From positions 236,736 through 300,735 of the forward strand of contig NW_005201391.1 of the NCBI RefSeq assembly GCF_000372725.1: a stretch of DNA of 64,000 nt. Reading direction: 5' to 3'. This DNA is from Emiliania huxleyi CCMP1516. Its lineage: Eukaryota. Below the pieces are notes generated by a model, which saw nothing but the letters and a program-made list of their open reading frames with translations, had not been told where the DNA came from and ran no database searches. Position numbers and translations under genes: made by a program. Of the stretch, positions 1-11,169 are shown one piece after another. Position 1 is the stretch's first letter; every line of letters starts with the position of its first letter.

Positions 1-755
1 TGGCCCAGCTTGCCATAGCCTCCATCGCCCCAGCTCCAGACGGCTCCGTCGGCGGTGAGGGCGAGGTTGTGCACCTCTCCAGCCGAGACAGCGACGACGC
101 GCCGCCCAGCAAAGGCCTCGATCTTCTTGGGCAGCAGCTGGATCTGCCAGTCGCCGTGGCCCAACCGGCCTTGCCCTCCATAGCCCCAGCTCCAGACAGT
201 GCCGTCGGCGGCGAGGGCAAGGCTGTGGCCGGGGGCAGCCGACACGCTCATGGCGCGCTCGCCGCCCAGAGGCGAAGGGAGGAGGGTCGGCGTGTTGAGC
301 TGCGTCACTCCCTCGCCGTGCCCGAGCAGCCCTGGCAGCCAGCTCTCAGCCTTTCCGCACGACGAGAGCCGCCCCTCGCCGTCGATGAAAAGGTTGTGCC
401 GATCGCCTGCTGCTGCCCTCGCCGGCGGGTTGGACTCGCACAGCAGCGCAGCGAAGCACAGCCACCGCACGGTGCAGCCCTCGCCCTCTGGCTGCGCAGG
501 CAGCACGTAGCCGCGCTCTTGCGCCCACAAGCGGATGCCCTCCACCGCAAGCGAGGCGTGAAAGAGGAGCGAGATGGCCGCAGCGCGAGCGATGTCGACG
601 GGGCTTTTGCAGCGAGAGAGGGCGCGCGCGAGGAGCTCCGTGGGGAGGTCGAGGAGGCGGGGGGGCGGCGGCGTGTCTGGCGAGGGAGCGGCGGTGGAGG
701 CGGAGGCGGAGGCGAGGCGGCGCGAGCGGCGCGAGCGGCGCGGCGGGGTGGACAT
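1..755 (-). CDS. F-box plus RCC1-repeat protein, 5' part; runs off the window edge
   Basis: Manual minus-strand translation from ATG at 755 gives MSTPPRRSRR..., an F-box-like LLDLPTELLARALSRCKSPVDIARAAAISLLF, then RCC1 repeats HSLALAADGTVWSWGYGGQGRLGHG and HNLALTADGAVWSWGDGGYGKLG. Absent from the ORF track because there is no stop codon in the window. Confidence 0.85.
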   Translation of the reverse strand, partial: MSTPPRRSRRSRRLASASASTAAPSPDTPPPPRLLDLPTELLARALSRCKSPVDIARAAAISLLFHASLAVEGIRLWAQERGYVLPAQPEGEGCTVRWLCFAALLCESNPPARAAAGDRHNLFIDGEGRLSSCGKAESWLPGLLGHGEGVTQLNTPTLLPSPLGGERAMSVSAAPGHSLALAADGTVWSWGYGGQGRLGHGDWQIQLLPKKIEAFAGRRVVAVSAGEVHNLALTADGAVWSWGDGGYGKLG

Positions 756-873
756 CGCGAAGAAAAGAATTCCGCGCCCACGAACGCCGCCGCCCTCGCC
801 CGGGGAGTTGGGCACGGGATCGCCGCCCGCGGAGTCAACGGGATCAGGCAAAGAAGACGAGACGACGGCGGGG

Positions 874-995
<122 letters not shown>

Positions 996-1142
996 CCACG
1001 GCCGAAGAAGCAGAAGAGGGGGGGAGAGCTCCGCACCTGTCGCCGAACCAGCGGAAAGCGCGCGCGGCCGGGGCAGAGGCAGTGGCAGTGAGAGCTAGAG
1101 AGCGGAGAGCGGTTCCAGCCAGTGATCAGTTAGTATATATAT

Positions 1143-1674
1143 TTGCAGACATGGGTGCGAAACAACGAGAAGACCAAGGCAAGGGCAGAGGAGAGAGAGA
1201 AGAATATAGGATGGATAAAGCGCCTGTTCACGGCATGGAGGGTGAGCCACGATGAACGTAATGAACGTAGAGCCGAACGGGAGGAAGCCGGGGAAGAAGA
1301 CTCCGAGGAAGACGAAACACCAGTGGTAATCCCGTCGTCAGCTGTAACGATGCACCCGAAGGGGACCCCAGCGCCAACATCATCCGTGGAGGTACAAGTG
1401 TTCGAAGAGATGAGAGTGGACCTGAGCAACGATATGACTTGGCGGCAAATGATCGCAGTGGGCGTCACAAGAGTCGTCCTTGCGCGAGGAGAGCTCGATA
1501 AACTCGAGGGGCCGAAATATGCCGCGAGGAGGGCAGAGTTGCGCCGAAAGGCGGGAGAAGCCGCGAGAGCAAGGGATCGGCAGGCGGCGGCGGCGTCGCC
1601 GGACGAGGCAGACGAGAGCGACGCGACAGAGGAGGAAGCGACAGGAGGGAGAACGACGAGAGTGGGACGACCGC
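1143..1674 (+). mobile_element. Left half of a dispersed repeat, probably the 3' part of a non-LTR retrotransposon ORF, split by the 1675-10304 insertion
   Basis: 1360-1674 is near-identical to 19882-20205. The continuation of that intact copy resumes at 10305. Confidence 0.7.
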
Positions 1675-2157
1675 CAAGTCGTGGGGTCCAGACTCACACG
1701 AGACTCACACACGGCCGGCGCCAAGCGCGCGTAACCACCGAGCCGCTCTCCGCCGCCGCTCCTCGCCACCAACCATGATGGTGCGTGACTCGTTCACCCC
1801 CCTCCCCTCACTACGACCAGCCCTCTCACCCACCACGCCTCGTCGCCGCGCCTTTCTTTTTGTGTGTGCGGCGGCGCCGACGCCCGAGTCCAGACGCCCG
1901 CCAACGCTCGCTCGCCGCCCCGATCACACAATCTCCCCAGCGACGTTCTCCCTGCCCAGCGCTCCCGCCGCCGGCGCTGGCTCGTCAGCTCCCCCCCGAC
2001 ACGTGGAGACAAGCTCCCACCATGACACACGCGGCGCGCGCATACAGCGCGCGCAGCGCAGCGCACGCGACTCTTCCTCCCTCCCTCTCCACAGATCCCC
2101 CCCTCCTCCCGCACCACTCGCTCACAGCCTCCCTTGCCACCTCTCCTCCACCAACAG

Positions 2158-3243
2158 GGCAACTCCGATTCCACGAAAACCCTCATCAAAACTGGCGGGA
2201 GGTACATGGCCGCGCACCTCGGCGTCGCCGACGCCGACGCAGCGGTTGACTACCTCAAGACCAACGTGTTGAACCAGTGCAGCAGCGGCTGGAACGACCC
2301 GATCCTCCGCGAGTACCTCAAGAAGGACGTCTACCAGAAGTTCTACAACAACAAGAAGATCGACCACGAGAAGGCCGAGATCAAAGACGGACATGTCAAG
2401 GCTGTCGACACGTGAGTACATTCCTGTAATCCTGCAACGCCGCGCACCCTCTCACCCCCCCCCCCCCTCCCGCCCTCCCAGCTTCCTGCGGCGCACTCTC
2501 ACCGACCACTTCAAGCAGCTCCAGCCGGACCAGACGTACTTCTCCAGCATCACGCCGAGGGCGGAGCTCTACGCGTACAGCAGACCAAGCGCAACCACGT
2601 CCAGGCCGGCAACCCCTTTGGCAGTAACCGCTCGTCGACGCTCGTCGACATTGGCACGGTCTTCAGCGTGCTCCTCGTGATGTACAACATGAGCGGCACG
2701 GCGCTGTTCAAGGGCCTCAACCTCGCGGCGGGCGTCACGCTCATGCTCGCGTTTGGGCTGCGCAACATGAACGTCGAGGATGCGTCGTGGGGTTCTTTTG
2801 AGATCTTTCAGCTCGACGCAGGGGGGCGTCCGTTCTGGTACCTCTCCAACAAGCGCTCCCCCTGGGTGGGGCGCGTGAGCACGCTCCGCAAGATGGACAA
2901 GGTCGAGAGCCTGCGCGAGTTCATTGCGCACAAGAACGTCTTCTTCTGCCCGTTTGTCGCCATCTCGCTCCGCCGTTTCTACCTCCTCTCTACGAGGCAG
3001 ATCGAGCTCCCCAACATGACCAACTGGATGAAGCACGAGAAGGCGGAGACGGAGGACGAGGACCGCATCAAGAGCGAGAAGGTCGTGAGCGGCGTCGGCT
3101 GTTTTCTGCCCATGGTTTCCCAGCACCGAGAGGTCACGCGCTTCGGCAAGCTGAATCCGGAGGACTTGAAAGACGCGGCGAGCAAGGCTGACCCGCCCAT
3201 CGACCCGGGAGTTCACGCGGCCGTGTCGTCCCCACTCTTCTGA
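2158..3243 (+). pseudogene. Crypton/Ndc10-domain-like tyrosine recombinase, frameshifted and apparently C-terminally truncated
   Basis: GT-AG intron 2412-2481 and a 1-nt frameshift near 2579. Motifs SNRSSTLVDIG, TLMLAFGLRNMN (candidate first catalytic Arg, codon 2761-2763) and REFIAHKNVFFCPFVAISLRRFYLLSTRQIELPNMTNW resemble, from memory, CryptonF DRG.GTL.DGY, LLRG and RHKDV..CP.GALA.Y.F.RF...PDF...W. The HxxR and Tyr motifs were not found, and the first exon was not located. Confidence 0.62.
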
Positions 3244-4397
3244 CGCTTCTTGTGCTGCCTGCTACGCTGAGGTGTGAATAGCATTTGAATGAGGTGTGGA
3301 ACATCACATTCACAGTCCAAAGTAAAGAATATAGGTACTATGCGAAGCAATCCGCCGTGATCTCGAGGTGAACAGCGTCTGCGAGCTTCGACGATCTCTC
3401 GCTTGCGGTCACTCAAACGCGTTTCGCTGTAGGTGAGCTGCTTGCTGCTGGCGCCAGCTGTGCGACACTCTCAGCCGAGCTCTGAGCCGCTCCTCGCCCC
3501 GTGTCGCAGGCCATTCGACGGCTCATGCGCTAGGTTCGCCCATGGCAGCGTGCGGCTTGCCGCGCGTCGCTGCCGTCTTGCTCGCGGCAGCATCAGCTCA
3601 CCAGCTCTGTCGCGCCCGCTGCCGCCGCCCTCGGCCGACACGGTCGCGCCGGGTGTACCCGGTGTCCCTCTCGCCGTCGCCAGCGCGCGCAGAACCGGAA
3701 CCGCCGACGAAACCGCCTATAGGTGTGCTACGCGCCGAGGCACCGTCGGGCCGGCCACCAGCCGTCGCCGCCACCACACTCGCTGCCCTCGGCTCCGCCG
3801 CCCTTGTGCGAGCTGCATCGCTTACCGATTAAGCTACGTGTGAGTCACTCTCCGCCCTCGGCGCGACTAGTCAGCAGTAGCGAGTGTGTGCGTCGCTGCT
3901 AGAGCCGGCCGAGGCAGTCCCGAGGGCTCCTCGCAGCGACTCGAGCGGGTCCGAATTCACTCGGCGACCGGTAAAATAGCGACGGTGTCACTTTTCAAAG
4001 ACGTACGTAACACGCGGACCGCCTCCCCCACCGTGCGATTGCCTTCAGTGGCCGCCAGACGTCCGGACCGCTCGCTTTTGGTGTGCAGCAGGGATTGCTG
4101 GCGAATGCCGCAAGTGGCTTTGGTGCTCGCGAGCACCCTCGCATACCCTTTCTTCGGCCTAGGGCCAAGCCTCCGGTCCCGTGCCGCCCACATGTTGCCC
4201 GACTTGGATGCCTGAGGCACGGCTGTGGCCGGTAGTGCACGAAAAACGAGAAAACAGGGATTTTCGATTTCGCCGACTTTGCCCATTAATAGAGCGAACC
4301 ATCCCCGACGGCAACTGCGTCAAGCAATCGGGGCGGCCCCGGCGCGTTGCGGGCGCGTTGCCCCGCGTCCCCCCACAGTAAGTTGCCTGACGTCAGC

Positions 4398-6486
4398 ATG
4401 CCCTCCCCCAAAAATCGCGCGCGAACGTCGTGGGCGCGCGTTGTCCTTGCCATCTGCGCCCTCGGCCTGCTCGCTCGCGTCGCCGGACAATGCGCCAACA
4501 TGAAAAAGGACCCGCACCTGGCATTCGCTCGCGGCGGCCGTGCCGACTTCAGAGGCCGCAATGGTGCATACTACTCGTTCCTGTCCACACCGAGCTTCGC
4601 GATAAACGTGCGCACTGAGGAGGCCCAGTTCAAGACGTACCGGGATGCGCTAACGGTCGACGGCTCCTTCATCACGGAGGTGCACGTCGTGGCGCTGGTT
4701 GGCGGGGAGAAGCACAAGCTGGCGACGGCAAGCTTTTGGACCTCCGAGCTGAACGAGTTCACAACGGGACCCAACATGATCACCGGCACGTGCGGCGACC
4801 GCGGCCAGTTCTTCCTCGGCATGGGCGGGTACAAGAAGTGCGAGGAGATGGAGATTCTCGTCAGGTTCTCGAGCGCAAGGTTCCGGGTCCCAGGCTGGGT
4901 GATCAAGGTGGCCGCCGCGCCAGTTTTCGGCCGCATTAGCGGCCCGAGGCACCGGCTCGACGTGTCGCTGCACGCGCACGGGGACGAGGCGGCGCTGGCC
5001 CAGACCCACGGCCTGGTCGGGCAGTCCTTTGCTTGGCGTACGGCGCGGGACGGGAAACGCGACCTCTACCCCTCAGAGGGGCGCTTCCGCACGTCGGCGA
5101 TGGCGGAGGGCGCAATCGAGGGCAACGCGGCCATGTACGAGCTCCCGGGTCCGCTGACGACGGAGTTTGCCTTCTCGCGCTTCCACGAAGCAAAGCAGCC
5201 GATGCTTCCCCTCCCGGCCGGCGCAGCAGCGGTGGACGCCTCGTCGACAGACCAGGTGGAGGTTGCTGGGGCGGCGAGTGCGCCTCCGGACGAGCGCAGG
5301 CTCTACGAAAAGCTGACCGGAGTTGCACACCCGTGCGCTCCGCCCTCTTCCCCCCCCCCCTACCCGCCTGGTATGCCGCCGACGCCGACGCCGTCGCCGG
5401 GCCTTTATGCAATTGGCGGATGGCTGCAGCCTGGGAATGAAGCCACAAAAGTGACATACTTCTCGAACAATAACGGCGTTAGTTGGGAACGACGGGCCGA
5501 GATGGCAACAGCTCGGGTGCAGTTCGCGATGGCGGTCGACCATGAGCACAAGAAGATTTATGTCGCCAGCGGAGACGATGGCAAAACCAGTGAAATGAAG
5601 AACAGCGCCGAGGCGCCACCCGCAGCCTCATGCCCCACTCGCTTGCCCCCTCTTCTCAAGTTATCGGCACCCCCGGTAGGGTGCCGGTAGGGTGTGACAC
5701 GACCCCCGCACATTCCACACTGCTGAATAGGTATACGACACTACCGAGGGCACATGGTCAAATCTCCCGGACTTGCCACATGACATATGGTACTACGCCG
5801 GTGCGTTCGAATGCGACACCTTCTTTGTGTTTGGGACCGATCAAGCAAGGCACGATCAAGCAAATTTCCGTGCGGCTTCTTATAACATTACCAATGGGGA
5901 ATGGAACGAGGAGACTGAAATCCAAAACATGATGCACAGGGGGGGGTGGGAACATTACGATGCAACGTACAACACAATGGGCACCGCTGTGGGGTACAAC
6001 GGGAAGCTCTACTTCCTTAGCTGGCTCTACTACAATCCGGCGCTTCTTATCTGGGATGTTCTTAACAAGAAAATGGAGGGCGGACCGCCTGACCCGGAGT
6101 ATCGCCAAAACCTTGCAATGGGCATTTTCGACCATGCCATTTTCATCGCTGGTGGGGCAAAATATGGGGGGGGGCCGATGTGTCTGTCTGGAGGAGAGGG
6201 GTGTCGGTCTGTCTGGAGGTTGAATTTGCCTATCACTAACCAATCGCAATGGATTGAGGAATTGTCCCTACCAGAGCCCTGGAATGGCGTATCGTATGGG
6301 CCCCCAACGAGTGCTGAGGTGGATGGCACATGGTGGGTTAATTTTCGAGACGACACATTAGAGGATACCGACAAGGTCTGGGTTTACAATGGCTCGTGGT
6401 CCACTGAAAGCCGCTCCCCTGGAAACTTGGCTGACTTTGGGGGGCTTCACTGGAACCTCGCACAGTTTGCGACGGTGAGTGCCTGA
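4398..6486 (+). CDS. Secreted protein with vWD/root-cap-like (DPH) domain, Pro-rich linker and Kelch-like beta-propeller
   Basis: Signal-like WARVVLAICALGLLARVAG, then KDPHLAFARGGRADFRG. Kelch-like LYAIGG, IYVASG and IFIAGG. A GC-AG intron at 5613-5730 joins ORFs 4347-5690 and 5773-6486 in frame (NSAE|VYDTTEGTWSNLPDLP). Confidence 0.85.
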
Positions 6487-6618
6487 AACGAACGAGATCT
6501 CAGCAGACCTGAAACGGAGCAATGGATTGCTGCACATACTGGACTTACACGCACAACATGTCGGTCGTCCTTTCGTTGGATGAGATCTGATGAGACCCCC
6601 CCGATCTCGAGAGGCGGG

Positions 6619-6690
6619 TAGAGGCGGGGAGGGGCGCGGAGGGGCGGGGAGGGGCGGGGAAGGGCGGGGAGGGGCGGGGAGGGGCGGGGC
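6619..6690. repeat. (GGGGCGGGGA)n G-rich decamer repeat
   Basis: About 7 imperfect tandem decamers. Confidence 0.9.
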
Positions 6691-8439
6691 GGCACGAGAC
6701 ATGCGCGGCGTAATTCTTTTATATCGGCGTGTCAAGGCGTGTCAAATACAATGCGTCGGCACCCAGCCCGGCGTAGAGAGGGCGTGGTCTCTGGGGGCGC
6801 GCGGGGGCCATAGAGGGCACCCATGCGGGGGGGAGATGGGGTCCCACGGCCCGCCGCAGGCGCCGATTCTTCCGTTTTTTTTCTTTTTTCGCGCGATTTT
6901 TTACTTGTTCTCATGGGAATTCGGCGTATCACGCCTTGCGACAGCCTGTCGGCGCTGCTGACCGTGCCCTGCTGCACAATTGATCACCTGCATAGCTCGC
7001 GGCCTTAGTATCAAGCATTCAGTGACGACCTGATCGTACGGTCAGTAGGAAGGTGTCCTTCCAACGTGTGCACGCTTCTGGCGCAATGCGCGTCGCCTCG
7101 GATTGGCTGCTGGCACTCTCGAGGCTATGCCTACGCAGCCTCGCGCGCATGGGCAGTCAAGAGGGACCACGCACCTTCTCAGGACAGCGCCGGTACCTCT
7201 CTCTTGGACCGGCAAACGTGGTGGTCTCGTGTCACCAATGTGGGACCAGTGCGGCATCGCGCCATCGACAGCTCTGAACTGCGCCTCACCACTGACCGGG
7301 AAGGCAGCCACGTGGGGGCCAGCACCGGTCGCACATTGTGGCAGCAGTCAGCAGTGCATGTCTGATAGCTAGAGCAGCAGCGTCAGGGTCGCAGGGTCGG
7401 ATCGTGTCAAGCCTCTCGCCCGGCCGGCCGCGTGCAGACGTCGGCCTGTCTGCTGTCTGGAGTGATCTGTCGGCGGTCAGTACGACCGATCAGGTCGGAG
7501 TTTTCTGATGGTTGGAGGGTCTATCTGTATGTACTCCTCGAGATCTCTCCAAATCTGCCCTCTAATCAACCGTAATCATTCGGGAAGTCGGTGCTAGGTG
7601 AGACTAGCGGAGCCGGGGCCCCGTTTCCGCACTGCGGCGCGGCGCACCCCTCCCCCCACCTCTTCCCCCTGGTAGAAGCCAGAAGAAGGGTCACACCCCA
7701 GCGCGTCCTTCACCTTGACGGTGTCGATGTCAAATCCCCGAAATCGACCAAGCCGTGTCTTTTTCTTTTGCTGTGAGAAGATGTGTCTGGCTTCAGCAGG
7801 TTGTTCGAACCCATTAATGTTGAATTGTTTAATTCCAGCTCACCCCCCCGGTCAAACCCTCAGCGTTGCGTTGTGTCTCTGGCACAAAGATTCCACAAAT
7901 TCATATAAGAACCTCTTGAGAGGGTTGATGGTGATTTGAGAACGGTGGGAAGCATTGTTGCGCGGCAAGTCATCCGGTGACGTCCAAGGGGTGTCGCGCC
8001 TGTGCTCTTCACTCTTAATATAATCACAAACACTCCACGCAGGGCGTTGATGTTGTCAAAATGCTCGCCAAAAACATCATGCCAATCATTCCAAAACTGT
8101 GACGCGTCACCCCAGAGAGGGGCTGCCATCGCCGAAGCTGTGCTTAAGCATAACTCCAAAACCCGCAGCGGCCCAGGGGGCCTTGGGGGCAGCCCGCCGG
8201 ACCGCCGCTGCACGGGGCTAAGCACCAGTCGACGGGGAAGATGAGCGTAGTTGATGGCTTAGGCTATCGCCCGTGCTTCCCCTCTTTTCGTCAGAGTGGG
8301 ACTTACGCCGCGCCGGGTAAGGGGCGCGCCCGGTCCTCGACGGAGCCGCGCGCCCCAAACGACCCAGGCGGCGAGTAGTCGATCTCGAACCTCCGTCACG
8401 TTGTTGCCCGTGGTTAGCGCCCGTCCTCTCCGCCCGTTC

Positions 8440-8850
8440 CTACTCGAATTGCTCCGGAGGTGCCCTTGGCGGCTCGCCCCCTCGTTTCGGGCACGCGTTG
8501 CGGTCGAAGATCTCGAAGTTGCGCCGCGCGATTATGGCCGCGTGCTCTTGCAGGAAGCGGTGGCGTTCGCGGCGGACCCGCCACCGCTCGCTGTCGGAGG
8601 ACGCTTTGGCGAGCTTGGCGGCGAAGTTGGTGGTAAACCAGGCTGCCGCTTCTCGACCGATGCCTCCGCGCGTGCTCGATGCCCACGTCATGAAGTCGAA
8701 GTTATTGGCGTCGCACGCCGCGGCCTTGGCCTTCCTCTTCGCCTCCTCGGGGTAGTCGGTTGCGAGGCGCTTGCCGCTCGCGAGCGGGCCTAGCATGCCG
8801 TGGTGTACCGCGGTGGTGCACGTGCCGTCGAACGTTGAGTGAGGTGTGTC
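8440..8850 (-). mobile_element. 3' remnant of a CRE/R2-type non-LTR retrotransposon (restriction-like endonuclease region)
   Basis: Translation FDGTCTT...EEAKRKAKAAAC...FDFMTWASSTRGGIGREAAAWF...FLQEHAAIIARRNF follows the D.T / E..K..K / F.P.A.ET.GG.G / LQ..S..L.R.N pattern of RLE domains. Confidence 0.65.
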
Positions 8851-10304
8851 CGGTGGCTAACCAGCCGCCGTAGTTGCGCCCATCCCAGTGTGTGCCGTTG
8901 TAGTGCTCAAAGAGCGACAGCGTGCGCGGTGGCTTCGCCTTGCCGATGGTGCAGGGCGGGCACTCGGGTAGCATCGAGCGATGGTAGATGCACTTCGACG
9001 TGTCGCCCACGCCGGTGCAGCGCGTCGCGAGGGTGATGGCACCCTTGGGGTGGTTGAGGTAGCCTTGCGTTTCGTAGAGCCACGCCCGGTCGTGCAGTTC
9101 AGTGGCGGGGCTGATCAGGTCGATGCCCAGCACTTTTTTTCCCTCTCCTGAGTGGTCCCTAAGCCCTTGGGATGGACAAAGGCGATGCACGCACCGAGCA
9201 GATCGGTTCAAACTGAAGACAGGAGCGCATTCGCCACCCCCTACGCATCTCCCGATCAGCTCCCGACGCAGGCGCACGCTTGAACTCTGGGCTCGCTCAG
9301 AGGCGCGCCGCGCCGCGCGCCAAGGCGGCGCCGAGGCCGGCGCCTTGCTCCCGGCCCGCGGCCGGCACCGCCTCGCCCCACCACTGACCGCCCTGTGGCC
9401 CCTGTGCAGGCGTGCCGCAGGCGTCGCTCGAAGCGACGGCCGGGTGTGGGCTGCTCCCTTGCCCCGTCACCCGCCGCGCCCTCGCCCGGCCGCCTCACCG
9501 CGCACGGAGCGCTCGGCTGCTCGCCGCCGCCGCCGCGCGTCCCGCGCCGCCACGCTTGCCCTTGCCTTGACGCGCTCTGCGCAAGCAGAGCGCTCGTCTC
9601 TGGCACAGACGGAGCAGCGACCGCGCCAGCGGTCGCTGCTCCGCCCCCCCGACGCGCGCGCTGCCGCCGCCGCCGCCGTCGCCGCCTCCTCGCCGTCTCT
9701 CCCTCCGTGTGGTGTGTGGTGCGCGCGTGCGCGCGCAGCGCACGGCAGCGTCTCCACCCCTCACGCGCGCGCCCGCGCCGCCGCCGCCCCCGCCCCCGCC
9801 GCCGCCCCTGAAGGCGAGGCTGTGGCGACAGCTGGCGTCAGAGCGAGAGCGGAAGGCTAAGCTCCGTCGAGCCGAGCGGCGGCGGCAACGACGGCTCGGA
9901 GAGCCCAAGGAGGACGTGGCTGAAGAACCTAAACCGGACGAGTACGACTCGGACGCGGCTCACGAGGGTGATGCTCCGAGGGCGGGTGCCACGCGGGATC
10001 CAACATACCGCCTCCCCGAAGGCGCGCACACACGATCGCACTCATCGTTACCCGAGCACTCAGGCTGCCCTGAGCGCTGCCCCTGGCGTGCTGCGGCAGC
10101 GCCGCTACGGGTACCGGTGCTGGTGCCCCAGCTGCGCATGGGGAAACCACCCTCCCTCCCCTGCAACACCCTCCCTCCCTCCCTCCCTCCCTCCCCCCGC
10201 ACCCCCCTCCCTCCCTCCCACCCTTTCCTGTGCGAAGAGAGCGCGTTTAGCCGCCCCGGGGCCCAAAAATCGAATGTGTGAGTCTCGTGTGAGTCTGGGG
10301 GCGA

Positions 10305-10509
10305 GACCGCGAGGTGGCATGAAGGTTGCAGCGAGAATCGGCGAGGGACTGCGAAGGGAGATAGAAAGAGGCAGACGACCAAAGGCGGGCTCCGCAGCCG
10401 ACGCCTGACCGTCGGAAAGCGAACAGGAGGGAGGACCGGGAGGAGAGGGGAGCCCCTTCGGATGGGGGGTGGGGAGATCGGGCGGAGGGGCCCTGAGTGG
10501 CGATGTCGG
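10305..10509 (+). mobile_element. Right half of the split dispersed repeat
   Basis: 10305-10382 is identical to 20200-20277. The reading frame continues from the left half (GRPRGGMKVAARIGEGLRREIERGRRP). Confidence 0.75.
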
Positions 10510-10587
10510 GTGAGAGAGATTTTTAGCAATACCAAACAACTCTAACACTCACACATCATTTGGGGCCTGGAGCCCTGTTCACGCGCG
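10510..10587. repeat. Dispersed repeat GAGAGAGATTTTTAGCAATACCAAACAA...GGGGCCTGGAGCCC, copy 1 of 3
   Basis: Near-identical copies at about 44003-44067 and 60201-60280. Confidence 0.9.
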
Positions 10588-10614
10588 TTTATGTGAACGC
10601 TCGTCCATGCGACC

Positions 10615-11035
10615 GGCAAAGGCTGGGTCAAGGAGCACAAGGGACAGTACTACGACGCGCTCCATGTCAAGAACGGAATCGTCAAAATTTGTCTCGTCGA
10701 AAGGGCGGCATCGCGCCGCCGACCAAGAGAATCATCTTCAACTTCGCCAAAGTGCAAAGAGGTCGGCAGCCCGAGCGCCGTCGACCGCACCGACTACGGC
10801 ACAGCCTCCGGCAGCGCCCGGGGCTTCGCCCAGCACCACTCGCAACAGCTCTCGCGCGCCGCCGTCTGTGGCGACGCGCAGAAACATCAACAACGCTGCT
10901 CGCAACATGCGTGTCGCGCACTCATTCATGACCGGTCTCCAATGTTCCACCCCCCTGCGCGCGCGGGCCTTCTATAGGCCCGCGGGTAGTCTCCCCCCAT
11001 CCCCAGGGCCTCCAGGGCTCGCACCTCAACCTCTC
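10615..11035 (+). mobile_element. Degenerate 3' end of a CRE-like non-LTR element
   Basis: Frameshifted reading GWVKEHKGQYYDALHVKNGIVKICLVE/GGIAPP.../DRTDYGTASGSARGFAQHHSQQLSRAAVCGDA. 10757-11035 is repeated at about 59834-60110. Confidence 0.55.
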
Positions 11036-11169
11036 ACAGACCAGCGCACAGCGCTACACGAGGTATTTTCTTCTCAATAACAAGGCTGTGAACGGAGCTT
11101 GGTCACTTATCAACCTATCTGTGAACGTGAACGAGAGCGTACGGGGTCCTCTCTTCGCCATGCACAGAC

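Larger units (their letters stand above)
1675..10304 (+). mobile_element. Crypton-like tyrosine-recombinase element with cargo, 8.63 kb
   Basis: GACCGC direct repeats at 1669-1674 and 10305-10310, with a single copy in the empty-site paralogue near 20200. Perfect 24-bp inverted repeats CCAGACTCACACGAGACTCACACA at 1688-1711 and 10275-10298. Recombinase-like gene at the left end. Confidence 0.8.

Noticed and set aside
8225..8300. Possible hammerhead ribozyme (CTGACGA on the minus strand) downstream of the LINE remnant
   Set aside because: I could not find stem II followed by GAAA and a matching stem III.
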